This document shows, piece by piece, positions 1 to 9,814 of a DNA stretch of 64,000 nt. The notes beneath the pieces were generated by a model. It searched no databases. It worked only from the letters and a program-made list of their open reading frames with translations, and was not told the origin of the DNA. The stretch comes from an uncultured Bacilli bacterium. GTDB taxonomy: Bacteria > Bacillota_I > Bacilli_A > RF39 > UBA660. The position numbers and the translations under genes were made by a program. The stretch lies in the NCBI GenBank assembly GCA_934120635.1, contig CAKOUR010000002.1, positions 22,006 through 86,005 on the forward strand, written 5' to 3'. How positions within the stretch are numbered: position 1 is the first letter of the stretch; each line of letters begins with the position of its first letter.

Positions 1-426
1 TTGAGGAATGGTGGTTCTTTTAGATTGTTCTGCTGCTTCTTTGGCGATTTTCTGCCATCTCTCTTGCTTTTTAGTTATTTTTTCTTCTCCTAATTTTACA
101 ATGCTTCTTTCCATTTTTATAGGAATAATTTCTTTTACTCCTAATTCCGTTAGTTTTTGAATAATTAAATCAAATTTTTGTTCTTTTACTAATCCTACTG
201 CAATGGTTAGTGGATATTTTTCTTCATAAGTACTTTCTTCTACTGAAAGAATTTTTACTTTGTTAGAATTAGGATTGATAATTTCACAGTGATATACGGT
301 TTCATTGTAAACACACTCTATTTTATCTCCTTCTTTGTAGCGCATTACATTTTTTATATGGTGCACATCAGATAGTTCTAATTCTAAAAAATCTTCATGT
401 TTTGCTTTTACAAAATATCTTTGCAT
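1..426 (-). CDS. rsmE: 16S rRNA (uracil1498-N3)-methyltransferase RsmE, N-terminal part (gene continues past window start)
   Basis: Absent from the ORF track because there is no stop in the window. Manual translation from ATG 426..424 gives MQRYFVKAKHEDFLELELSDVHHIKNVMRYKEGDKIECVYNE...LTIAVGLVKEQKFDLIIQKLTELGVKEIIPIKMERSIVKL...QERWQKIAKEAAEQSKRTTIPQ. This is the typical RsmE PUA-like N-domain plus the start of the SPOUT domain. Confidence 0.85.
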   Translation of the reverse strand, partial: MQRYFVKAKHEDFLELELSDVHHIKNVMRYKEGDKIECVYNETVYHCEIINPNSNKVKILSVEESTYEEKYPLTIAVGLVKEQKFDLIIQKLTELGVKEIIPIKMERSIVKLGEEKITKKQERWQKIAKEAAEQSKRTTIPQ

Positions 427-435
427 GTTATCCTT

Positions 436-1365
436 TTAATTAAAATACTTATCAGTAACTTTTCTTTGTAGTAATTTTGTTTTTAATGTTTTAGTTTGTT
501 CTTCTAATTCTTTTGCAGAAAGATTATTTAAGTAATTTTTTATTCCTTTTAATTGAGAACATAGATTTCTTCTTGTTTCTAGCAATGATTCTGTCCTTAA
601 ATCTTTATCGGTTATGGTTATTGTTTCGTTTTGGCCATTTAAATAATTTGTTTTTCCTATTTTTATATCATCTGTTGAAATAAATTTAAATTTATTTCCT
701 ATAATCTTTTTGATATGATTTAAATTTATACCATTTGCATATAGTATGAAATCCTCTCCTAGAGTTAGTTCCTTTGTTCGTAAGTCAATTGAATCTGAAA
801 CTATTAAATGAGTTCTTTTGGCAAAATTTGTTCTTTTTGCATCTATTTTTAGGTAATTTAAGTAATCTAAATTAGATAGTTTAGCATTTTCATAAGTTAT
901 GATTTCTAATTCTTTTACATTTTTGTTGGCTATTAATTCAATGTTTTTCCCATGATAAAAATAACATTTTATTTCTTGATCTTTTTCTTCTTTTGGTAAT
1001 TTTAGATATATATTTTCTACTTCATAAGTACTGATTGTTGGAAAAAAATTTTTGAAGTCTGGATCTAGAATAATAATTCTTCCTCCAATAAATTCTATTT
1101 TTTGACCAAAGAAGGTACAGTTTTTAAAGATGGCTGTTTGACCTTCTTCTAATTTAATTTCTTGACTATAATTAGAAGAAAATTCTATGTTATAAAAGCA
1201 GATTTCTTCAATATCATCAGATAGTTCAAAATTATTTTCTGGATCATATCCTCTATTTTTATTAATAATACGATTTAGTTTATGTATATTAAATTTATTT
1301 AAGTATTTTACTACTTGTTCTTTATTCTTTTTGGTGTAAATAATATATGGCTTTTCTTTTTTCAT
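436..1365 (-). CDS. hypothetical protein (309 aa), no recognisable motif
   Basis: Long ORF with an AGGAGA SD upstream. Packed between murC (15-nt gap) and rsmE (9-nt gap). Asn/Lys/Ile-rich with beta-strand-like segments and a C-terminal coiled-coil-like tail. Confidence 0.7.
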   Translation of the reverse strand: MKKEKPYIIYTKKNKEQVVKYLNKFNIHKLNRIINKNRGYDPENNFELSDDIEEICFYNIEFSSNYSQEIKLEEGQTAIFKNCTFFGQKIEFIGGRIIILDPDFKNFFPTISTYEVENIYLKLPKEEKDQEIKCYFYHGKNIELIANKNVKELEIITYENAKLSNLDYLNYLKIDAKRTNFAKRTHLIVSDSIDLRTKELTLGEDFILYANGINLNHIKKIIGNKFKFISTDDIKIGKTNYLNGQNETITITDKDLRTESLLETRRNLCSQLKGIKNYLNNLSAKELEEQTKTLKTKLLQRKVTDKYFN

Positions 1366-1380
1366 TTTGTTCTCCTGTTT

Positions 1381-2670
1381 CTACTTTTCTTCTAATATTT
1401 TTTTTAATTCTTGTTCTAATTTGCTAATATCATTTGGACTCATAAATGCAAAAACAGTATTATCATATTGACTTAAGATTTTAGCATCATTAATTGTAAT
1501 GGCATGGGCTGTTGATAGGTTATCAATGATCAAGTTTGAAGTTACTTCTTTATAATCTTCTTGTTTTTCTCTAGCTGGATGAATTGGTAAGATATAGCTT
1601 TGATCTGCTTTTTTAAATACTTCTACTAAGTCTTTAGCAAACTCTTTTGTTCTAGTAAATGTGTGTGGTTGAAAGATGATAACTAAGTGCTTTTCTGGGT
1701 ATTTTTGTTTTATTGCTTCTATGGTTACTTTTACCTCGTTTGGATGGTGAGCATAGTCATCAATAATAATATTATTTCCTACTTTTATCTCAGTAAATCT
1801 TCTTTTTGCTCCATGAAATTGTTTTAAATTACTATTTACTTCTTCAAAAGGTAATTTTTCTTCTTTTGCTACAGTTATAACAGCAAGTGCATCTAATAAT
1901 TGATGATGACCAAATAATGGTAAATCAAAATGTCCATAATCTTCAATATCAAAGGAGATTCCTTCTTTACTATAGATAACATTTTTTGCCTGAACATCAT
2001 TGTTATCATTTAATCCAAAATAAATTACTGGTTTGGTTAATTTCATTGTTCTTGTATATGGATCATCTCCATAAGCGATTACTACTTTAGTAGCTAAATT
2101 AGCATAACTTGTATATGCATCTACTACATCATTAATATCTTTATAATAATCTACATGATCTAAATCGATATTGGTAATTACTGCTATTTCTGGATGATAG
2201 GCTAAGAAATGTCTTTGATATTCACAAGATTCTAAAGCAAAATAAGTATTGTTTTTATTTCCACATCCTGTTCCATCTCCTATTAAATAATTAATTCCTT
2301 CTTTTTGAAATGCTAAAGCCATCATATTGGTTGTAGTTGTTTTTCCATGACATCCTGCAATACAGATGGTTTTAAATTTCTTTGTTAATTCCCCTACCAT
2401 TTCGTTGTACTCATAAATTTTTAAATTTAGTTCTCTTGCTTTTTTTAGTTCAACATTCTCTTCTTTAATTGATGCTCCTTTAATAATCGTATAATTTTCT
2501 TTGATATTTTTTTCATTGTATGGATAAAATGGAATGTTATTTTTTATTAATTCTGACTCAGTGAAAAAGTGCTTTTCTACATCACTTCCTGCTACTTCAT
2601 AAGATAATTGTTTTAAAATAACTGCTAAAGCACTCATCCCTGTTCCTTTGATTCCAATAAAATAATACAT
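1381..2670 (-). CDS. murC: UDP-N-acetylmuramate--L-alanine ligase
   Basis: MYYFIGIKGTGMSALA N-terminus, Mur-ligase P-loop AGCHGKTTTT, and DDYAHHP near the C-domain. Length of 429 aa is typical. Confidence 0.95.
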   Translation of the reverse strand: MYYFIGIKGTGMSALAVILKQLSYEVAGSDVEKHFFTESELIKNNIPFYPYNEKNIKENYTIIKGASIKEENVELKKARELNLKIYEYNEMVGELTKKFKTICIAGCHGKTTTTNMMALAFQKEGINYLIGDGTGCGNKNNTYFALESCEYQRHFLAYHPEIAVITNIDLDHVDYYKDINDVVDAYTSYANLATKVVIAYGDDPYTRTMKLTKPVIYFGLNDNNDVQAKNVIYSKEGISFDIEDYGHFDLPLFGHHQLLDALAVITVAKEEKLPFEEVNSNLKQFHGAKRRFTEIKVGNNIIIDDYAHHPNEVKVTIEAIKQKYPEKHLVIIFQPHTFTRTKEFAKDLVEVFKKADQSYILPIHPAREKQEDYKEVTSNLIIDNLSTAHAITINDAKILSQYDNTVFAFMSPNDISKLEQELKKILEEK

Positions 2671-3167
2671 TATCTTCCCCTACCTTTCTTTGGTTCTTCT
2701 TCATCTAAATAGTATAAATTTTGAATATCCATTTGTTCTTTAAATGACTGATATTTTTCTTTTTTGATTGCTTGATATAAATTTTCTTTTAATTGATTAA
2801 TAATAAGTTGAATTTTACTTAAGGAATAACTTGCGTAAGTATTTCCTAAGTAATGGACATAACGATTTAGAATATTAATTCTTAGTCTTTCTGCCTCTAG
2901 AATTGTATTTTGTATCTCCCCACTGCTAGAGTCATCTGATGTATCAAATTCTTCTAATTTTTTTAGAAAGTATCTTAGTTTAATTTCTACTTTTTTCTTT
3001 ACTAATTTTTGTTGTAATGTTTTGTTGGTAAAAATAATTTTGTGAACTTCAATGGCGTCTTCTATCTTAGTTTGGGGCGTAATGGGGTAACCTTTTATTT
3101 TATCGTATTCTAGATATAAAATTTCACCTGTTTTTTTGCTTTTGTGTAAATAATAATTTTTCCCCAT
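2670..3167 (-). CDS. hypothetical protein (165 aa)
   Basis: ORF wedged between trmD (2-nt gap) and murC (1-nt overlap). Charged, helical-looking, with no motif I recognise. Confidence 0.65.
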   Translation of the reverse strand: MGKNYYLHKSKKTGEILYLEYDKIKGYPITPQTKIEDAIEVHKIIFTNKTLQQKLVKKKVEIKLRYFLKKLEEFDTSDDSSSGEIQNTILEAERLRINILNRYVHYLGNTYASYSLSKIQLIINQLKENLYQAIKKEKYQSFKEQMDIQNLYYLDEEEPKKGRGR

Positions 3168-3169
3168 TG

Positions 3170-3823
3170 CTATTCCTCGTTTCGTTTTTTAGTTAATTCT
3201 TGTCTTTTTTCCTCTCGCCATTTTTTTATATTAGCATGGTGCCCACTTAATAATACACTAGGTACTTCCATGCCTCTAAAGCTTGCTGGTTTAGTATAAA
3301 CTGGATAATCTACTAAATCATCAGTAAAAGTTTCACTTTGTAAACTTTCTTCATTGATTACTCCTGGAATTAGTCTTGTTATAGCATCTGTTATTGCCAT
3401 TGCTGGAATTTCTCCTCCGGTTAAAACAAATTCTCCAATGGATATTTCTTCATCAACGATTGTTTTTATTCTCTCATCAAACCCTTCATAGTGACCGCAT
3501 AATAAGATGATATGTTTTTTTGAAGCATATTCTTTTGCAGTTTGTTCTTTAAAATTTTTTCCACTAGGTGACATCATAAGGACTAGAGTATCTTCTTTTT
3601 TTAAGTCTTCAATCGCTGCAAAAATTGGTTCACACATTAAAACCATTCCTGCTCCTCCTCCATATTGATAGTCATCTACTTGTTTGTTTTTAAATGGAGA
3701 ATAATCTCTAATATTATGTACTTGTATTGTTACCAAATTTTTATCCATTGCTCTTTTAATGATAGATTCATTTAAAAAGCCAGTAAACATATCTGGAAAT
3801 AAGGTTAAAATATCTATTTTCAT
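3170..3823 (-). CDS. trmD: tRNA (guanine37-N1)-methyltransferase
   Basis: MKIDILTLFPDMF..., GGGAGMV, and LTGGEIPAMAITDAITRLIPGV are hallmark TrmD motifs. Confidence 0.95.
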   Translation of the reverse strand: MKIDILTLFPDMFTGFLNESIIKRAMDKNLVTIQVHNIRDYSPFKNKQVDDYQYGGGAGMVLMCEPIFAAIEDLKKEDTLVLMMSPSGKNFKEQTAKEYASKKHIILLCGHYEGFDERIKTIVDEEISIGEFVLTGGEIPAMAITDAITRLIPGVINEESLQSETFTDDLVDYPVYTKPASFRGMEVPSVLLSGHHANIKKWREEKRQELTKKRNEE

Positions 3824-3845
3824 GTTCCACCTACTAACTAATTCT

Positions 3846-3854
3846 ATTATATCA
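3846..3854 (-). promoter_or_regulatory. candidate extended -10 (TGATATAAT) upstream of trmD
   Basis: The minus strand reads TGATATAAT about 20 nt upstream of the GTAGGTGG SD and ATG. No good -35. The same 9-mer recurs at three other gene starts in the window. Confidence 0.4.
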
Positions 3855-3929
3855 TTATTTTAATTTGTAATAATATTTTTATCTATTTGTTTACAAAAAA
3901 TACTGATCAATACTTTGATTTTATAAATA

Positions 3930-4418
3930 TTAATCAAAAAGACCAGTTATATCTTCGATCATAATTTCTTTTTGTGGAATAATTTTCTTTATTATGCCTT
4001 TTACATAAGGAATATAATATTCTTTTTCTTCTTTTTTTATTAATAATTTATCTTGTTTCCCTATAAGTACTTTTTTTACAATACCTTGTACTTCTCCATT
4101 CATCGTAATAGGAAGGCCAATTAAATCTTCATCTAAGAATTCATTATTTGCTAATTTTAAATCTTCTCTTTTTATGTATACAGGAAGTGATTTATATTTT
4201 AAGACTTCATTAATGTTGGTATACCCTTTCATCGTAATCATATCAAATGATTTATGTGGCCGGTAAGTATTAATGATTTCTTTTTCATGTTTTTTTCCAA
4301 TATAAATGGGAAAATCTTTTATGAATACTTTTTCTTTATAACGAAAATCAGATAAGATTCTAATTTCCCCTTTAATTCCATGGGTATTTACTATTTTTCC
4401 TAAATAAATATATTCCAT
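3930..4418 (-). CDS. rimM: ribosome maturation factor RimM
   Basis: GKIVNTHGIKGEIRI N-terminal motif, PRC-barrel-like C-terminus, 162 aa, and the classic rimM-trmD adjacency. Confidence 0.9.
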   Translation of the reverse strand: MEYIYLGKIVNTHGIKGEIRILSDFRYKEKVFIKDFPIYIGKKHEKEIINTYRPHKSFDMITMKGYTNINEVLKYKSLPVYIKREDLKLANNEFLDEDLIGLPITMNGEVQGIVKKVLIGKQDKLLIKKEEKEYYIPYVKGIIKKIIPQKEIMIEDITGLFD

Positions 4419-4426
4419 AATATCAC

Positions 4427-5158
4427 CTACTTATTACTAATTTCATAAAGCAAAATAGACGCTGCTACACTTGCATTTAAACTTTCACAATTTTCATTCA
4501 TTTTAATATATAAAAATTGATCACATAGTTTTTCTATTATTTCGCTAATGCCTTGTCCTTCATTACCAATTACTAAAGCAAAGTGAGAATAGATTGCTGC
4601 TTTTCTTACATCTTCCCCATTAGTCACTTTTGTGCCAATAATTTTATAATCTTTTTGCTTTAATTCATGAATCATTTTTTCTGTATCTGAGATGATAATA
4701 GGAATATGAAACATCATTCCTTGACTTGCTCTTACTACTTTTGGATTATAGAAATCTACGGTATCTTTACTACAAATAATTGTATCAATATTAAAAGCAA
4801 CTGCACTTCGAATTATCGTTCCTAAATTTCCTGGATCTTGTATTCGGTCTAACATTAATACCTTCTCTCCAATTTCTTTAGTATTTTCTTTCTTTTTTAC
4901 AACGGCCATTACTTTAGGTGGAGTTGAGGTAGAACTTAATTTTTTTAATATTTCTTTGGAAACATAAGTAATTGGAACATCCATAGGAAAGATTTCATTT
5001 TGTTCTACAATTAATTCTTTTAATAATCCTGCTCGATATGCTTCAATAGCTAAGTGTTTTGTTTCTACTAAAAATAATCCTGTTTGATCTCGATATTTTT
5101 TTTCTTTTAGTTTTTCTAATTCTTTAATATGTTCATTATGTATAGAGGTAATTAACAT
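4427..5158 (-). CDS. TrmH/SpoU-family RNA 2'-O-methyltransferase (RlmB/YsgA-like)
   Basis: SPOUT motifs DRIQDPGNLGTIIRSA, LVIGNEGQGIS and ESLNASVAASILLYE. Confidence 0.85.
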   Translation of the reverse strand: MLITSIHNEHIKELEKLKEKKYRDQTGLFLVETKHLAIEAYRAGLLKELIVEQNEIFPMDVPITYVSKEILKKLSSTSTPPKVMAVVKKKENTKEIGEKVLMLDRIQDPGNLGTIIRSAVAFNIDTIICSKDTVDFYNPKVVRASQGMMFHIPIIISDTEKMIHELKQKDYKIIGTKVTNGEDVRKAAIYSHFALVIGNEGQGISEIIEKLCDQFLYIKMNENCESLNASVAASILLYEISNK

Positions 5159-5162
5159 TCTT

Positions 5163-5798
5163 TCAACTCCTTAATTTCTTTCTTATTTCTTTATAATTGG
5201 GACAATATTTTTCTACATAGTGCCAAAACTGCGAAGAATGATTAGGAACTAGCAAGTGACATAATTCATGAATAATTACATAATCTAAACATTCTATTTC
5301 GTAGCGTAATAGTTCATTATTTAGAGTAATCGTTTTTGTCTTTGTATTACATACTCCCCATCTTGTTTTCATTTTACGATATTTTAATTTAGGAAAAGGA
5401 ATTTTTTCTGTAAACATAGCATAACATTTTTCTAAATGAAGAGAAAAAAGATTTTCTTTATATTCTTGTAGAAATTTTTCTAATTCCTTTTGATTAACTG
5501 AGTAAATTTTATCTTCTTCTATTTTTGTTTCTTGATATTTTGAATCAAGATGTATTTGATATTCTTTTCCTAATAGATAAAAGTGTTTATTTTTTTCTTT
5601 GTTTTTTAAAGAATGATCAAGCATTCTTTCAATTGATTTTCTATTTTCTTCTATTAATTTTGTAATTTTTATTCTAGGCATTAAATAAGAAGTAGTAACA
5701 ACTATATTTTCTTCTTTAATCCGAATATAGGTATTTTTATTGTGTTTTCTAATGATGATAATGGGATATGTTTTTCCTTGATAAATTAATTCTTTCAT
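5163..5798 (-). CDS. YgjP-like (DUF45/M48-type) metal-dependent hydrolase
   Basis: RWGVCNTKTKTITLNNEL... followed by the HExxH motif IIHELCHLLVPNHSSQFW. Confidence 0.85.
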   Translation of the reverse strand: MKELIYQGKTYPIIIIRKHNKNTYIRIKEENIVVTTSYLMPRIKITKLIEENRKSIERMLDHSLKNKEKNKHFYLLGKEYQIHLDSKYQETKIEEDKIYSVNQKELEKFLQEYKENLFSLHLEKCYAMFTEKIPFPKLKYRKMKTRWGVCNTKTKTITLNNELLRYEIECLDYVIIHELCHLLVPNHSSQFWHYVEKYCPNYKEIRKKLRS

Positions 5799-6319
5799 AT
5801 TTTATAAGTATCATATTTTGGAAATCTTGCTATTTTTTTTATTAGAGCATATATTTTTTCTTTATCTAAATTATTATATTTTTTTACTTCTTTATTATAA
5901 TCATCAAAGGAATATTTTAGTCTTTCTTCAATGGTATTCGCTTTTTCTTTTAGAGTGATATATTCTTTATTTTTCTTTAATGAAGAATAAACATTATCTA
6001 GTTTAGAAAAATCTCTATAAGTATTTTGTGCTTGTTTTAATTGTTTTAACTCACCGTCTGTATTCTTTAAGTTATCTAATACTTCGACAGTTTTCTTTAA
6101 AGTACTGATATAATCTTGTTCATGTTCTAAATTATTTTTAATAAAGGTTACCATTTCCAAAATAGCATTCCTTTCTTCTAAGATGTAGCCTTTTACATTA
6201 TTATATTTTTTTAATATTCTTGTCTTTTGGATTGTTATTTTATTATAGAAATATAGTAGAACTAAAATACTTAAAATGATAATTCCAAAAATAAGAACAA
6301 TTATTGTATAACTATCCAT
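5795..6319 (-). CDS. LemA-family membrane protein
   Basis: N-terminal TM helix then YN....; C-terminal DDYNKEVKKYNN......FP pattern typical of LemA. 4-nt overlap with the downstream gene. Confidence 0.6.
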   Translation of the reverse strand: MDSYTIIVLIFGIIILSILVLLYFYNKITIQKTRILKKYNNVKGYILEERNAILEMVTFIKNNLEHEQDYISTLKKTVEVLDNLKNTDGELKQLKQAQNTYRDFSKLDNVYSSLKKNKEYITLKEKANTIEERLKYSFDDYNKEVKKYNNLDKEKIYALIKKIARFPKYDTYKI

Positions 6320-6410
6320 TTCTTTTCCTCCCTACCTTTAAGTATACACTAATAATGATGATTTTGCTAGTTTATTTTTCATCGATAGATTCTTATATAA
6401 TTCCTAATTC

Positions 6411-6442
6411 TAAAAAAAATCTAATTCCAAAGAACTAGATTT
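6411..6442 (-). terminator. weak intrinsic terminator after the DUF1292 gene
   Basis: The minus strand reads AAATCTA-(12 nt)-TAGATTT followed by a T-run. The stem is AT-rich, so support is limited. Confidence 0.35.
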
Positions 6443-6467
6443 AATTTTTTGTTTCTTAGAAAAAAGA

Positions 6468-6740
6468 TTATTGAGAATTTTTAACAAGTCCTTCTCTTAA
6501 TGAATCTAAGAATTTTCTTGCCATTTTCTTTGTTGTTTCTTCAGTTGTTTCTTTGATTATTGGTTTATTATTTTCTTCTTTTAATTCTACTATTTTAATA
6601 TGTTCTACATCCGGATCTTCTTCTTCATCTACTGGAGCCAATAAACAATATTTTCTATTTTCCTCTAGTAACATTTTTAAAACAGTGTACTCAGTATTAT
6701 CCTCTAAAGTGATAATATCATATAATTCTATCTTTTTCAT
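6468..6740 (-). CDS. DUF1292-family small acidic protein
   Basis: 90 aa. The pattern ITLEDNTEYTVLKML...YCLLAPVDEEEDPD...IKIVEL matches the DUF1292 layout. Confidence 0.7.
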   Translation of the reverse strand: MKKIELYDIITLEDNTEYTVLKMLLEENRKYCLLAPVDEEEDPDVEHIKIVELKEENNKPIIKETTEETTKKMARKFLDSLREGLVKNSQ

Positions 6741-8341
6741 CTTGATATTCCTTTTCTATTTTCTAAATTAATATCTTTGATATTATACCAACCCTCTGCA
6801 ATTTTTACTACCTGCTCTTCTGTTATTTTCTGAGTATTTCCATAAGTTGCAAGATATTTATCTTTATTTGCAGTTAATACTGTTACAACTTCTCCTCCGT
6901 TATTTAGTAAGTTTTGGATATTTTGGTTAGCATTTTCAGTAGAAGCATAGTTTCTTATGATTTTACCATCAACCTCAACTCCTACTCCTAATACAATTCG
7001 TTTTGTTTCTTCATCGAATGTTGGCATCATAGCTTCTTGTTGAAGATAAGCATTTGCAGATTCTTTATAAATATTGCCACTTACAGTAACTTCACTACCA
7101 ATCTCAACTGGACTTTCAACATTATATTGAGTATAACTATTATTATTTTGATTGTTATTTTCTAAAAACTTTTCATCATCACTTAAATAATTTGATTTTT
7201 CAATAGGTTGTTCTGATAATGGTTGCATGTCTACAAGCTCTATTTCAGGGGTTGATGTATTTTCTTGTGGCTGCGTTTTTTCAGGATTGCTCACAAATTT
7301 CGGATAGTACGCAGCATCATTACTATATGTTGTTTGAATATCTTCCATTTTTTCTATTCCATCTTCTGGAATTTCTTTATTACTAAAATCATTGACTTTT
7401 GCTATAGCATGTCCACCTGTAATTGCTAAAAATAAGGCTGTTGCGATTGCTGGTATTTTTTTTATTATTCTCTTGAATAAGTTTGGTTTAGGTTTTCTTA
7501 CATTTTTTATTTCTTGTGTTTTTTGTTCCTCTTTGTTGTTTCGTTCTTCTACATTAGTCTCATTTTTTTCTGTTTCTTTTAAATCAATATCAGGATTTAA
7601 TTTTCTTTCCACTTCTTCTAATTTTGGCATTAGAACAGAGGTAAAATATCCCGATAATCTTTCTGGCAAATAATATTTTTCTCCTTTATATTTTATAGAA
7701 ACTTTTTTCCCATGTTCGTGATTTAATATTCTTTCTTTTTCTTCTAATAATTTTTTTCTAATTTGTTCTAATTGTTCTCTTTCAGTTAGTTCTGGTTGTA
7801 ATTTTTCAGTTTCTACTTGTTCTATTTCTTGATCATCATTAATCTGTGGTTCTTGTGGTGATGTTTTTACTACTGTATTTCTATCTCTTTCTGCAATAAA
7901 CTCTTTTTTTAATTCTTGAGATAGTATTCTTTGTTGTTTTACCAAATCAAAATATTTTCCTATTAAAGAGGAATGAATGTATATCTTTCTATTATCTGCT
8001 GTTAATGTTTCAATAAATCCTAATCCTTCTAAGATTGCCTTTTTATTAGTTTTATCTCTTCCTTCTATTTTAGGCTGCATGGCTTTTGATTGATATATTA
8101 TCTTATCTATTTTAGTTTTATTTTCATCAAATTTTTCTCTTATTGCTTTTTCTACATTTTCTTGTTGATTACCTTGGTTGTTATAACTAGTTAATTTTTC
8201 GTTTAATTCTTGCATTAAATTAGCTATAATTTCTAAGTTCTCTCTATCATCTTCCGTTAAAGTTGTTTTATTTTTAATTTCCTTTTCTAGTTTTGACAAG
8301 TATAAAAATTCTTCTGCTGTATTATTTAAAATATTGTTCAT
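6737..8341 (-). CDS. bitopic membrane protein, unknown function (534 aa)
   Basis: Coiled-coil/charged N-terminal half, one TM helix (IPAIATALFLAITGGHAIA), low-complexity linker, and a C-terminal ~110-aa globular-looking domain. 4-nt overlap with the DUF1292 gene. Confidence 0.7.
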   Translation of the reverse strand: MNNILNNTAEEFLYLSKLEKEIKNKTTLTEDDRENLEIIANLMQELNEKLTSYNNQGNQQENVEKAIREKFDENKTKIDKIIYQSKAMQPKIEGRDKTNKKAILEGLGFIETLTADNRKIYIHSSLIGKYFDLVKQQRILSQELKKEFIAERDRNTVVKTSPQEPQINDDQEIEQVETEKLQPELTEREQLEQIRKKLLEEKERILNHEHGKKVSIKYKGEKYYLPERLSGYFTSVLMPKLEEVERKLNPDIDLKETEKNETNVEERNNKEEQKTQEIKNVRKPKPNLFKRIIKKIPAIATALFLAITGGHAIAKVNDFSNKEIPEDGIEKMEDIQTTYSNDAAYYPKFVSNPEKTQPQENTSTPEIELVDMQPLSEQPIEKSNYLSDDEKFLENNNQNNNSYTQYNVESPVEIGSEVTVSGNIYKESANAYLQQEAMMPTFDEETKRIVLGVGVEVDGKIIRNYASTENANQNIQNLLNNGGEVVTVLTANKDKYLATYGNTQKITEEQVVKIAEGWYNIKDINLENRKGISR

Positions 8342-8521
8342 AAAAATTCCTCCTACTATAGTATGGATTATACTATAAAGTTCAAATTTTTACAATAATA
8401 TATTAGTGTATATCAAAAAAAAGCCCTTAAAATATGCTAGTAATTAACTTTTTTGAATATAATAAGGTTATTTAAATCAAAAGGTTATAAATAAATTATT
8501 TTTTTAGACATATATTTTACT

Positions 8522-9814
8522 ATGAAAAATAAGTTTATTCAATCTACTATTATCCTTATTATCGGGGGATTTATTAGTAAAATTTTAGGAATGTTGATTA
8601 AGATTGTTTTAACAAGAACAATTACAACTAAGGGTATTGGTATTTATTCTTTAATCTTACCTACTTTTAATTTATTTATTACTTTGTGTTCTTTAGGGCT
8701 ACCGGTTGCTATTTCTAAACTTATTAGTGAAAAAGAAAAAAATCATAAAAAAATTGTTTTATCTAGTGTACCATTTATTCTTATTTTTAATTTTTTATTG
8801 ATGATTTCATTGTTTTTTATTGCTCCTTTTTTAAGTAAGAATTTACTGCATAATCAGATGACTTATTATCCTTTGATGGCGATAGGATTAACTTTACCTT
8901 TTATTTGTATTTCTTCTATTATTAAGGGGTATTTTTTTGGTATGGAGAAAATGTTTCCTACTACAGTTTCAAATATTATCGAGCAAGTTGTACGGCTTAT
9001 TCTTACTTTAACTGTTGTAAAATATTTGATGAAGTATTCTTTAGAGAGTGCAATTATTGGGGTTGTTCTGATTAATATTTTAAGTGAAGGGGCTTCTATT
9101 TTAGTTTTGCTTGGATTTATCCCCCATGGGAAAACTATTCATCTTTCTGATTTTAAATATGATAAGATAATTTTAAAAGATTTACTTGATATTAGTCTAC
9201 CTACTACAGGGAGTCGTTTAATTGGATCTTTATCTTATTTTTTAGAACCTATTATTTTGACTTTTGCGTTAACTAAAACTGGATATACAACAAATTATAT
9301 TACAGTTGAGTATGGGATTATTAATGGGTATGTTTATTCTTTATTATTACTTCCTTCTTTTTTTACTATGGCGATTGCTAACGCCCTTTTGCCTGTTGTT
9401 TCTCATTCTTATAGTAATAGAAATTTTTCTTATACTAAATATAAGATAAAACAAGCTATAGGGATTTCTTTGCTTGTAGGAATTCCTTGTACTATTCTTT
9501 TTATGTGTTTTGGTGAATTTTTTTTGAAATTTATTTATAATACAAGTGAAGGACTTTCTTATATTAAAGTGATTGCTCCTATCTTTCTTCTTCATTATAT
9601 TCAAGGGCCTCTTACTGCTAGTATGCAGGCTATGGGAAAAGCAAAAGAGGCGATGATGGGAACTTTTTATGGTTCTGTTATTCGCCTCTTATTACTCTTA
9701 ATTTTATCTTTCTTGCATATTGGGATGTGGGGATTATTAACAGCAACTTTAGTTAATATTACCTTTATTACTATTCACCACTTCTATTATGTTTTTCTTA
9801 AAAATGATTTTTAA
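8522..9814 (+). CDS. MOP-superfamily flippase (MurJ/SpoVB-like polysaccharide biosynthesis protein)
   Basis: The N-terminus QSTIILIIGGFISKILGMLIKIVLTRTITTKGIGIYSL is typical of SpoVB/MurJ-type proteins. Polytopic throughout. 430 aa is shorter than the usual ~520. Its 3' end overlaps the convergent ymcA-like gene by 4 nt. Confidence 0.8.
   Translation: MKNKFIQSTIILIIGGFISKILGMLIKIVLTRTITTKGIGIYSLILPTFNLFITLCSLGLPVAISKLISEKEKNHKKIVLSSVPFILIFNFLLMISLFFIAPFLSKNLLHNQMTYYPLMAIGLTLPFICISSIIKGYFFGMEKMFPTTVSNIIEQVVRLILTLTVVKYLMKYSLESAIIGVVLINILSEGASILVLLGFIPHGKTIHLSDFKYDKIILKDLLDISLPTTGSRLIGSLSYFLEPIILTFALTKTGYTTNYITVEYGIINGYVYSLLLLPSFFTMAIANALLPVVSHSYSNRNFSYTKYKIKQAIGISLLVGIPCTILFMCFGEFFLKFIYNTSEGLSYIKVIAPIFLLHYIQGPLTASMQAMGKAKEAMMGTFYGSVIRLLLLLILSFLHIGMWGLLTATLVNITFITIHHFYYVFLKNDF

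Noticed and set aside
5158-5165. Mollicutes-type genetic code (TGA = Trp), considered because of the extreme AT content and the short ClpB
   Set aside because: Conserved Trp positions are encoded by TGG. TGA works as a stop, for example at the YgjP-like gene ending at 5163-5165, 4 nt before the next gene's start. All conserved genes are full length under code 11.
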